From Octopus sinensis (taxonomy: Eukaryota): 23,184 nucleotides of DNA. Shown one piece after another: positions 9,844 to 20,839 of this stretch. Numbering within the stretch: position 1 is the stretch's first letter; the number at the start of each line of letters is the position of its first letter. The DNA lies in contig NW_021836617.1 in NCBI RefSeq assembly GCF_006345805.1, positions 1 to 23,184 of the forward strand, written 5' to 3'. The notes beneath the pieces are model-generated. The model was not told the origin of the DNA. It made no database searches and was given only the letters and a program-made list of their open reading frames with translations. The translations under genes and the position numbers were made by a program.

Positions 9844-10017
9844 TGGTTCTGTGGTAAGTAGCTTGCTTACGAACCACATGGTTCCGGGTTCAGTCCCACT
9901 GCGTGGCACCTTGGGCAAGTGTCTTCTACTATAGCCTCGGGTCGACCAAAGCCTTGTGAGTGGATTTGGTAGACGGAAACTGAAAGAAGCCCGTCATATA
10001 TATATATATATATATAT
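9844..10017 (+). mobile_element. SINE family B, 5' half ending in its internal (TA)n
   Basis: tgtggtaagtagcttgcttacgaaccacatggttccgggttcagtccc...gaagcccgtc(TA)n. The 3' half is absent. Confidence 0.88.
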
Positions 10018-10087
10018 AGGCATACAGAAACTTGACAGAAAAACTAGAAAGCTAACGACTATGCTGACATCCAGACGCTGATATTAA

Positions 10088-10855
10088 CCTTTGCAATCCC
10101 ACCAGAGAGAGAGAAGAACCTTTTTCCCATGAAGTTCCCTTCTCGGTTGTGGTTGAGTTTTTTTTCCTTTTACCAAGTCATTTTTTAGGACATTTAACAT
10201 TTCGATAGAAAATCCATTTTTCATTACCAGTCACATGTCTGGTGAAAAAGGGTGAAATGAATTCGCGAGAGCAGATGTCAACTCGGGATTTGCAGTTGCT
10301 TTCGGACAATTCATGAGGCACCCATTTTCCAAGTTTAGGAACCTTTCCAAGTTGTTGAAGATGACGATGAACAGTTGTATGGTTTGAACAAAGCTTCATT
10401 GCCAATTCTTCAACTGATAATGCAGGATTTTCTTCAAGTAATGCCACAAAGAGCTTATCATCAAACTCAACTGGATGTCCTGTTCGATCTTCATCTTCAA
10501 GGCTGAAATCTCCACTTTTGAATTTTGCAAACCATCTTCTGCATGTTCTTTCATTCAATCATTCTTTCCCATAAACTGAGTGTATGTTTCGAGTCGCTTC
10601 GGCTGCAGAGTTTCCTTTTTTGTACTCATAAAGCATTATGTGCCTTAAATGCTCTTTCGATACTTCCATGTTAGAAAGGGTTTTAATCAAAGAAATTTTA
10701 ATTCTATTATTCTGTAAAATTATATTTAATTAGTTTAAATGTACACAAATGCATAAAAATAATTTTTAATTCCATTAGACATTCTAAAATACTATTAAAT
10801 TAAATTTCATTCAATTTTAAAATAGGTAAAAATCGGACAGAACCTAGGGGATGAC

Positions 10856-10859
<4 letters not shown>
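10088..10859 (-). mobile_element. Defective mariner (Tc1/mariner, DD34D-type) transposon: 5' TIR and N-terminal transposase pseudogene
   Basis: ATG at 10669 gives MEVSKEHLRHIMLYEYKKGNSAAEATRNIHSVYGKE, then a stop, then LNERTCRRWFAKFKSGDFSLED...WVPHEL...VTGNEKWIFY (first catalytic D changed to N), a further stop, and ...HGKKVLLSLWWDCKG. The terminus tcaggtcatcccctaggttctgtccgattttt abuts TA at 10860-10861. No matching second TIR was seen. Confidence 0.9.
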
Positions 10860-10923
<64 letters not shown>

Positions 10924-11117
10924 ATATATATACGTATACATATAAATATATACACGACAGGCTTCTTTCATTTCCCGTCTACCAAATCCACTCACAAGGC
11001 TTTGGTCGGTTCGAGGCTATAGCAGAAGACACTTGCCCAAGGTGCCACACAGTGGGACTGAACCCGGAACCATGTGGTTGGAAAACAAGCTTCTTACCAC
11101 ACAGTAACGCCTGCACC
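10860..11117 (-). mobile_element. SINE family B, 5' half with internal (TA)n (the mariner abuts this TA tract)
   Basis: 10952-11117 is homologous to the other B heads. The (TA)n tract spans about 10860-10950. Confidence 0.88.
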
Positions 11118-11499
11118 TATGATAAATCTAACGAACACACATTTCTTTCGTTTGATAAATAGACAACATAACGAAACACAATAATATATCATAATCTACT
11201 CACAAACCGTAAAGTAATTACATTAAAGTCAACACTGTTTTAAGCTAATCACTTGGTAAATCTATTCAAAGTCGTGAGTTAGAAATTACTCGAATTTTTC
11301 ATAACAATTTCATTGTGTCTCCTCCGGCAGCAGTCAAAGAATTTAACTAACATTTTCCTAACGTGACCTTCTTTCTCCATATGAAGCATTAACTTTATAA
11401 TTCTTTCCAAAAGTACACCAGCCTCATGATCCAACTGAATCAAATATTTTGATTAAAAAGCTCTTTATTTTCATCAACAAACGCTATATATGCAACAAC

Positions 11500-11921
11500 G
11501 GATCTTTTCGGTTTGAACGGCAGTTTTTTAAAATAATTTCTAGGTAACTAAAAAGTTTTAAACTTCGTATACTCGTAGAATGTGTTTATGAAACATCTTT
11601 TTTTCTTGGCTTTATTGAGAAAATTCTATAGTTTGTAAGATATTTGTTGGGTTTTTCTTCTTCAATTTCTGCAATTTCAACCAATCACTGACGTCTATCG
11701 AGGTAAAAAAAACATTCTGTGCCGTATGAATATGTCCCTCGTTTAAGAAACAGATTGGGTTTATTTACATTTCTGAAGAAAAAAAGATACCCTTCCCCCC
11801 ACCTCTAACCCTAACCCTAAAACAGATTGAAATGCAATAGATCGATACTAGGGTCATAATTATGGGTGACAATTTCATACGACACCGCTAGAAAAAACTG
11901 CCGTTCAAACCGAAAAGATCC
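11500..11921. mobile_element. 422-bp non-autonomous DNA transposon (MITE) with perfect 30-bp TIRs and perfect 8-bp TSD, Merlin-like
   Basis: TIR ggatcttttcggtttgaacggcagtttttt (11500-11529) and its exact complement (11892-11921). TSD gcaacaac at 11492-11499 and 11922-11929. 5'-GG termini with an 8-bp TSD fit Merlin; the superfamily call is inferred. Confidence 0.88.
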
Positions 11922-12007
11922 GCAACAACCAGTAAGTTGTTTTACTAAACCTCTTCTTTTTTTTCTATACTCATTCAGAAAACTAAATTCATGTGAAAAT
12001 AATTATA

Positions 12008-12331
12008 AAAGGTAAAGACCCCTTTCGGAATGTCCATGAGATTGCACCTAGAAAGTTACCCTTCATGGCACAAGTCCAGGCAAGTCCAGGTTGTTTATGG
12101 AAGACCAGCAGTGGCCCATGCATACCAGCCTCCCTTCTATACGCCACCAATGATATCCAAGGGATAAGCAAAGACCGATATAGCTTGGCAACTGTGACGT
12201 CGCGACTCATTTCTACAGCTGAGTGAACTGGAGCAACATGAAATAAAGTGTCTGAGCGAGCAAGGACAGAAGAGGCAGCCCGGTCCGGGATTCGAACTCA
12301 CTACCTCAACCCAATGAGCAATGCACCTTCA
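12008..12331 (-). mobile_element. SINE family E, longer degraded copy
   Basis: The head tgaaggtgcattgctc...gagttcgaatcccgg and the segment ccagttcactcagctg are shared with 7755-7910. The left boundary is approximate. Confidence 0.7.
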
Positions 12332-12436
12332 CATGTACAAATGTATATCTGCTAATAAACGGTTACAATTAACACCAGTCGGCATGTCTTTAATTCGTTC
12401 AAATATTCTCTCAACTAAAGCATTAAATGCGTTATT

Positions 12437-13110
12437 TTTATTATTTTTTTTGGAAGCACTCCGTCGGTTGCGACGATGAGCGTTCCGGTTAATCCGAATC
12501 AACGGAACAGCCTGCTCGTGAAATCAACGTGTAAGTGGCTGAGCACTCCACAGACACGTGTAACCTTAACGTAGTTCTCGGGGGGATATTCAGCGTGACA
12601 CAGAGAGTGACAAGGCCGGCCCTTTGAAATACAGGTACAACAGAAACAGGAAGTAAGAGTGAGAGAAAGTTGTGGTGAAAGAGTACAGCAGGGATCACCA
12701 CCATCCCCTGCCGGAGCCTCGGATGGAAGCACTCAGTCGGTTACGACGACGAGGGTTCCGGTTGATCCGAATCAACGGAACAGCCTGCTCGTGAAATCAA
12801 CGTGTAAGTGGCTGAGCACTCCACAGACACGTGTAACCTTAACGTAGTTCTCGGGAATATTCAGCGTGACACAGAGAGTGACAAGGCCGGCCCTTTTGAA
12901 ATACAGGTACAACAGAAACAGGAAGTAAGAGTGAGAGAAAGTTGTGGTGAAAGAGTACAGCAGGGATCACCACCATCCCCTACCGGAGCGTCGTGGAGCT
13001 TTTAGATGTTTTCGCTCAATAAACACTCACAACGCCCGGTCTGGGAACCGAAACCACGATCCTATGACCGCGAGTCCGCTGCCCTAACCACTGGGCCATT
13101 GCGCCTCCAC
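12437..13110 (-). mobile_element. tRNA-derived SINE family D with tandem duplication of its 3' about 270 bp, A-rich tail, and 13-bp TSD
   Basis: Head gtggaggcgcaatggcccagtggttaggg at 13110. The body is repeated (12452-12723 and 12724-12990). TSD taaatgcgttatt at 12424-12436 and 13111-13123. Confidence 0.92.
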
Positions 13111-13128
13111 TAAATGCGTTATTAATAA

Positions 13129-13155
13129 CTAGCGGGACCCGTGACTATTTCACGG
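13129..13155 (-). mobile_element. Probable Helitron 3' terminus (hairpin plus CTAG|T)
   Basis: actag, then a 6-bp perfect stem ccgtga-ctatt-tcacgg (13139-13155). Same layout as 18338-18365. The other end was not identified. Confidence 0.5.
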
Positions 13156-13314
13156 AATTAATGGTAAACTTATTGGGTTATTTCTGAAAATTTTATCCAA
13201 AATACCTGAAAGTTGTCGCCTGTCTTGCTTCTGTATCAAAAGATAGTCACCCATCTGCTACTCATTGAAAAGTGAAGGAAATTAGAATGCGAAGATCATT
13301 TAATTCGCTTTATA

Positions 13315-13636
13315 GGCGCAGGAGTGGCTGTGTGGTAAGTAGCTTGCTTACTAACCACATGGTTCCGGGTTCAGTCCCACTGCGTGGCACCTTGGGCAAG
13401 TGTCTTCTGCTATAGCCCCGGGCCGACTAAAGCCTTGTGAGTGGATTTAGTAGACGGAAACTGAAAGAAGCCCGTCGTATACATGTATATATACATATAT
13501 ATGTGTATGTATATGTTTGTGTGTCTGTGTTTGTCCCCCTATCATTGCTTGACAACCGATGCTGGTGTGTTTTACGTCCCCGTCACTTAGCGGTTCGGCA
13601 GAAGAGACCGATAGAATAAATACTGGGCTTACAAAG
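13315..13636 (+). mobile_element. SINE family B, 3'-truncated
   Basis: ggcgcaggagtggctgtgtggtaag...gggcttacaaag, then an abrupt switch to an unrelated sequence also found at 15262. Confidence 0.9.
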
Positions 13637-14177
13637 TATAACTGCGATGGGTGTGTAAACAGTAGTGTGTAAACATTATGTATGTATGTGCGTGTGTGTG
13701 TATGTATGCATGTGTGTATGTATGTATGTATGTATATATGTATGTATGTATGTATGTATGTTCTCACCATCAGAACATCACCCCTCAGCTAAATTTATAT
13801 TCCCCTCCTCTACATTACCACCTTCAGCTAATTTTTTTTAACCACGTAATAAATATTACGTTCCCCCTACCTCAGGTCATGGACGTTTCTCTCTCCCTCT
13901 TTTCCCCTCTTTTTGTCTCATTCTTCGCCTTATCCCCTTTTTGTCTCCTTTTTCTTTCTCCCTCTTGCTCTCCCTTTCCCTTCAACTAATCACGTGAAAG
14001 CGTTACGGACGGACTAAGTAACGTACGAACAAGCAGAACTATTATCAGATAAACCTAATCATCTACTTCAATCTGTTCTTACCTTAACAAATAGAAGCAT
14101 TATAACTACACTTGGATAAAAAGAAATTTACCAATTTTGATAGAGATATATTAATAACTGTCACGAAACATTATATC

Positions 14178-14385
14178 TATTTCTTTATTGCCCACAAGGG
14201 GCTAAACACAGAGGAGACAAACAAGGACAGACAAAGGGCTTAAGTCGGTTACATCGACTCCAGTGCGTAATTGGTACTTATTTAATCGACCCCGAAAGGA
14301 TGAAAGGCAAAGTCGAACGTAACGGCAGACGAAATATTGCTAAGCATTTCGCTCGACGTGCTAACGATTCTGCCAGCTCACCGCC
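14178..14385 (-). mobile_element. SINE family A monomer with B box deleted and about 17-bp TSD
   Basis: The segment cctcggcggaatttgaactcag is missing. Flanks are tcacgaaacattatatc (14161-14177) and tcaccaaacactatatc (14388-14404), with 2 mismatches. Confidence 0.85.
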
Positions 14386-14702
14386 CTTCACCAAACACTA
14401 TATCACTAACTTTAAATATCCCTTCTTGTACTCTTTTTAGTTATAGATATACAGCATAGAGAAATCATACGAACGAATGGTTCAAAATACTTTAATCTTC
14501 CGCAGCTTGCAAAAAATTCATTACAAGAACTAATATTTCAAAATAAGCAAGCATCCAAATTGCAGAAAATTCCTTTTCAATACTTCATAAACTACGACAA
14601 AAAAAAATGTAATGTTTTATTAAGCAATATAGAGAGATGTTTATTGGTATCTTTCTGCAACCTGCAATAAATCAGCTCTTATAAGGGATTTTATACAACT
14701 TT

Positions 14703-14935
14703 TATTTCTTTACTACCCACAAGGGGCTAAACACAGAGAGGACAAACAAGGACAGACAAACGGATTAAGTCGATTATATCGACCCCAGTGCGTAACTGGT
14801 ACTTATTTAATCGACCCCGAAAGGATGAAAGGCAAAGTCGACCTCGGCGGAATTTGAACTCAGAACGTAACGGCAGACGAAATACTGCTAAGCATTTCGT
14901 CCGGCGTGCTAACATTTCTGCCAGCTTATTCCGCC
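14703..14935 (-). mobile_element. SINE family A monomer
   Basis: Full-length match to 2525-2756 on the opposite strand. Confidence 0.9.
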
Positions 14936-14969
14936 TTAATTTTGGAATACAAAAATCTTTGTCCTCTTC

Positions 14970-15053
14970 TACGACGAAACCACGGTCGAGAATTGAACTC
15001 ACGACTTTGCAATCGCGGGCCGAGTTCACAAGCCACAAAGCCACGCACCTTCA
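14970..15053 (-). mobile_element. Degraded tRNA-like SINE head (family E-like)
   Basis: The minus strand reads tgaaggtgcgtggctttgtgg...gagttcaattctcg, with the same start as 7910. Confidence 0.6.
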
Positions 15054-15185
15054 GTGACTATTCCCACTCACTGTATATCATCCATTTCGTATCTGCAAAC
15101 AACCAGTCTATCATACATTTCAGCAGGTATCTATGCATCTAATCACTATATACACACTGTTTATTTACACAGTTCAAATATACAG

Positions 15186-15187
<2 letters not shown>

Positions 15188-15241
<54 letters not shown>

Positions 15242-16548
15242 CAGAAATGTATACATAGGCTGTATAACTGCGATGGGTGTGTAAACAGTAGTGTGTAAAC
15301 ATTATGTATGTATGTATGTGCATGCGTGTGTGTGTATGTATGTATGCATGTATGCATGTAATGTATGTATGTATGTATGTATGTATGTATGAATGTATGT
15401 ATGTATGTATGAATGCATGTATGTATGTATGTGCGTGTGTGTGTTATGTATGTATGTATGTATTAGAGTATGTATGTATTGATGTATGTATATGATGTGT
15501 ATGTATGATGTATCTAGGATGTAGTTTTATGTATGTATTTATGCATGCATGTATGTATATATGTAGTATGACATGCCATGTATGTATGTATGTATATATG
15601 TAGTATGTATCTATGTATGTATATATGTATGTATATATGATGTATGTAGTATGTATGTAGTGTGTATGTATGTATGTATGATGTATGCATGTATGTATGT
15701 AGGTATGTATTTGTATGTATATATGTATATATGTAGTATGCATATATGTAGTACGTTATGTATGTAGCATATATGTATGTTATGTATGATGCATGCATGT
15801 AGTGTATGTATATGTATGTATGTATGTAGGTATTTAGGTAGGTATGTATATATGTATGTATGTATGTATATATGTATGTATGCGTGCATGTATGTTGTAT
15901 ATATGGATATATGTATGTATGTATGTATGTATGTGTATCTATGTATGTATGTATGCATGTATGTATATATGTATGTATGTATGTATGTATTATGATGTAT
16001 GCATATATGTACGTACTATGTATGTATGTATGTATGTATGTATTTATGTATGTATGTATGTATGTATGTACGTGTAGATGTTGTAGTTATGTATGTAATG
16101 TAGTATGTATGTATATATGTATGTATATATGTATGTATATATGTATGTATGTATTTATGTATGTATGTATGTATATATGTATGTATGTGTGTATGTGTGT
16201 ATGTATGTATGTATATATGTATGTATGTATATATGTATGTATTATATATGTATGTATATATGTATGTATGTATGTATATATGTATATATGTATGTATGTG
16301 TGTATGTGTGTATGTATGTATGTATATATGTATGCATATATGTACGTACGTATGTATGTATTCATATATGTATGTATATATGTATGTGTATATATATATA
16401 TGTATGTATGTATGTATATATGTATGTATGCATGTATGCATATATGTATGTATATATGTATGAATATATGTATGTATGTATGTATGTATATATGTATGTA
16501 TGTATGTATGCATGCATGCATGTATGTACGTATGTGTGTATGTATGTA
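15188..16548. repeat. (TG)n followed by about 1.25 kb of degenerate (TATG)n
   Basis: Direct. This tract generates all the MYVC/HTYI ORFs in the track. Confidence 0.95.
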
Positions 16549-16824
16549 AATGTTCAAATGTATATAGTTGCCATTACTACAATTTATCAGTCCCAATTAA
16601 AGCTTCCCCCCCCCCATTTAGTAATCAATAACAATTTCTATATTCATAATCAATAAGATAAAAACTGTGGCTGGGTCGCTGGAATATCATGCGGCACTAA
16701 GTATTTACATATTGAATTACAAATTTATACGGCAGAGGTGAAAAGGGGAGGGAGTGAAACGTGAGTGCGAGAGAGCGTGAAGGAAGACCTGCGTGAGATC
16801 GGAGATATCGAGATTAAAAGGGAC

Positions 16825-17455
<631 letters not shown>

Positions 17456-17636
17456 AGGCATAAAGTAAGTAGATTAACACAATTTACATTTGATATTCAT
17501 GTGTTCTTTGAAGAATATTTATTAACATATTAATGTATGGTAATTTATTATCGCAATAACAATTGTATATGTATATATTCATTGGCAATCTGCTTTTGTG
17601 CGGATATGCATTAAAAAATGGAGATAATTACGCATT

Positions 17637-17945
17637 TTAGTTAGTTAGTTAGTTAATTTGTCTCAAAAGCAAATAGCAAGGCCATGTAGGGGGACATGGA
17701 GTTAAGTACAGGGTGGTGTTCATGTAAAGAGTTCAGGCCACTTGAGGTCCAGGGAGGCTTTGAACAAAGCAGTCGTCGGCATCTTCACCATCTCGTCTGG
17801 CAGCTTGTTCCACGGATCCGCAACCCGGACGGAGAAAGCTCCTCTCCTTCGATTGAGATGAAATCGTCGCAGGTAGAGCTTTTCGGAATGACCCCGCAGC
17901 CGACGCTCTGGAGCAGGAGTGAAGAACAGCTCTTTCGAGAGGTTA
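17637..17945 (-). mobile_element. 5'-truncated CR1-clade LINE 3' end with (TAAC)n tail
   Basis: LRGHSEKLYLRRFHLNRRRGAFSVRVADPWNKLPDEMV...FKASLD matches the CR1/L2 ORF2 C-terminal signature (RGHxxKL, RVVxxWNxLP, FKxxLD). The tail is tagttagttagttag on the + strand. Confidence 0.85.
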
Positions 17946-18144
17946 CGTACATGTATGAACATATATAGATGGAAATACATATGTGAATACACGTACGTTT
18001 ATTTACACGTTTTACTATATACATTTTTGTGTGCGTGTGTATATATATATATGTGTGTGTGTGTGTGTTCTTTTATTTGTTGCAGATACCTATCTAGCGC
18101 TATCTAGAGCTAGATAGCCATCTCCAACCAGCAGGCCATCCTAC

Positions 18145-18187
18145 CCCAGACTGATGACGAGCAAAGAGTCAGAAACTAGTCTCTGGG
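18145..18187 (+). ncRNA. Minimal type I hammerhead-ribozyme-like motif (stem II degenerate)
   Basis: cccaga-CTGATGA-cgagcaaagagtca-GAAA-ctag-TC-tctggg. It has a 6-bp stem I in exact register, a full catalytic core, a palindromic CTAG stem III and a GUC cleavage triplet (C at 18181). Confidence 0.65.
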
Positions 18188-18337
18188 TGCAGGCTTAGCC
18201 GGGTGGAGGTGCTTATCTCCCCCTTGTAAACAGGAAACATGTCAAGGCCGACAGGAAGCGTTGCTACCTCCTAGGGCTAAATAGCAGTAGGGACTGTCAC
18301 ATTAAGTTGACAGTATAAAAACTACTATATATATATA

Positions 18338-18717
18338 CTAGCAGTATCGCCCGGCGTTGCTCGGGTTTGTAAGGGAAATAACTATAAAGCATTTTTAGAG
18401 AGTTATAGCCAAAAAATAGCAAAAAAATGGAAAAAAAATTATGGTAAATTTTTTTTGAGAGTTAAAAAGGTGGAGTTGCGTCCCCTAGACAGTCTGTGGT
18501 TTGTTTCTGATTCTCGACCCCATGTCTTTGAATTTTATCATTTTCAGAACTGGGGGAACTTTTCAAAATTTTCGCTGCGTTAGTTTTGAATTATGACATT
18601 GGGCTATGTGTGTGTCAAGTTTCATCAGAATCGGTTGTGAAAGCCGTGGTCAGGGTGAGGGTACAACCTGACAGACACACAGACACGCAGACAGACAAAC
18701 TGCCGTTTATATATAGA
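18338..18717 (-). mobile_element. 380-bp non-autonomous Helitron
   Basis: The minus strand starts A|TCTATATATAAA and ends with hairpin cccgagcaacgccggg plus CTAG|T (inserted between A and T, no TSD). A (GACA)n-like tract lies near the 5' end. Confidence 0.82.
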
Positions 18718-18760
18718 TAATATATATATTATATATATATATATATATTATATATATATA

Positions 18761-18987
18761 TAAATGAAAAGAATGAAGTCGAACAACGAAGATTTAACAG
18801 AATTCCTTTACTTTCGACACATGTTTCGAAGACTGCACATTCTTAATTCCGAAGGAATAAAGTGTGCATTATGCCGTCTTCTGCACACTTTATTCCTTCT
18901 GAATTAAGAATATGCAGTCTTTGAAACATGTGTCGAAAGTAAAGGAATTCTGTTAAAATCTTCGTTCGACTTCATTCTTTTCATTTA
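18761..18987. repeat. 227-bp near-perfect palindrome (about 107-bp arms, 13-nt loop)
   Basis: Arms 18761-18868 and 18882-18987 are reverse complements with about 3 substitutions and 2 small indels. Confidence 0.95.
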
Positions 18988-19749
18988 TTCATATAAAAAG
19001 AAAACACACAAATTTCCACACACGAACACGGGGTTCTGCCCTTGGCATGTAGCTTCAACCATGTTTTCTGACGTGAATTTGCTACCCAGGTATCGATTAA
19101 CCGAATTATCCATACTAGGATAATTCATTCACCTACTTAAATATATATATACATGTGTATTTATATATGTACTTACACCTATTAGCATGTCTATATTTAT
19201 ATCTATCTACATATATATATATATTTATATATGTATATATATATACACATATATATGAATATATATATCCATATATATATACATACATATATATATATAT
19301 AAAATATGTGTAATTATGTCTTTATTACACATATTCACCCTATTCGCACAAAGCCGATTGTTAACGAGTATATATATACAATTGTTAATAAAATAATAAA
19401 TTACCATATATTAACATATATTAACATATTAATGAAATTTCTTTCTTCAAAGAAATATGCATATTGAATGAAGCATTTCTTTATTTACATCGTTGTTTTT
19501 GAATCACCATATATCCGTCTCGTCCTCGACTACACACGCACACACATACGCTCGAGCGCGCATACATACATACATATAAATTTGCAATTCGTGTGACATG
19601 TGTACTTATAAAATGGCGCATATTTTACATAGTATGAAATCTACTTGCTAGAGTGTACTTCAGAATATAAGTATAGACTTTTTATACATTTTTAGATATA
19701 TTCTGCATTTTATTATCGTATTGAAACAAGCGTCCTACACGCATTGAAA

Positions 19750-19922
19750 TACATACGTACGTGCGTGCATGCATAAACACACGTGCACACACATACACAC
19801 ATATACATACATATATACACACACACATACATACATACATACGTACATACATACGTACGTACGTACGTTCATACACACACATATACATAAGATATATATA
19901 TATATGTATATATGTGTGTATA

Positions 19923-19977
<55 letters not shown>

Positions 19978-19985
19978 ATATATAT

Positions 19986-20056
<71 letters not shown>

Positions 20057-20065
20057 GATATATAA
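19750..20065. repeat. (ACAT)n/(ACGT)n/(TA)n microsatellite
   Basis: Direct. Confidence 0.9.
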
Positions 20066-20243
20066 ACAAGATTAATTTGTGGCGGAAGGACGTCCTTGAA
20101 AGTGGGTTAATTTAGAAAGTAATAACTGTGCCGACAGAACAATCCTTTGGTGTATCGTTCAAGTAATAAGAGGTCATTATCAAAGCAGAACAGGATTTCC
20201 AAAAAACTGTACTTTATTGTTTACGCATGAACAATCCTTAAAT

Positions 20244-20835
20244 GCAATAATAAATCTCTGAACGAGATGTAAACAGTAACTGCTCGACAACGTAAAGTAT
20301 ACTAGCCATCTCAGTATATTTCTTTACTACCCACAAGGGGCTAAACACAGAGGGGACAAACAAGGACAGACAAAGGGATTTAGTCGATTACATCGACCCC
20401 AGTGCGTAACTGGTACTTTATAAATCGACTCCGAAAGGATGAAAGGCAAAGTCGACCTCGGCGGAATTTGAACTCAGAACGTAACGACAGACGAAATACG
20501 GCTACGCATTTCGCCAGGCGTGCTAACGTTTCTGCCAGCTCGCCGGCTTACCACTAACGGTGGGTGTTACTGTAGCTTTTAGTCCCAGGAGATCATCGTC
20601 TCCAGCTGGCTTTAGGCACACTTTCTGTACGTATCACTTAGGCAAATGACTAGAAACTGCAGTCCGTGCGTATCACTGAGGTTGACGAGGGAGGGATGAC
20701 CTCCCTTTGCAAATACCATAAGAGCACAGAAAGTGTGCCTAAAGCCAGCTGGAGGCGATGATCTCCTGGGGATACAAGCTACAGTAACACCCACCCTTTG
20801 TGGTTAGCCATATTGAGATGGCTAGTATACCTTAC
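20244..20835. mobile_element. Foldback/MITE-like family F element with about 110-bp inverted arms; left arm interrupted by a SINE A
   Basis: Left arm 20292-20317 plus 20545-20628. Right arm 20726-20835 is its reverse complement. The spacer is about 97 bp. Confidence 0.8.
20318..20544 (-). mobile_element. SINE family A monomer nested in the family F left arm
   Basis: Full A copy. Removing it restores ctcagtat|ggcttacc, matching the uninterrupted arms. No TSD is visible. Confidence 0.92.
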
Positions 20836-20839
20836 ATAA

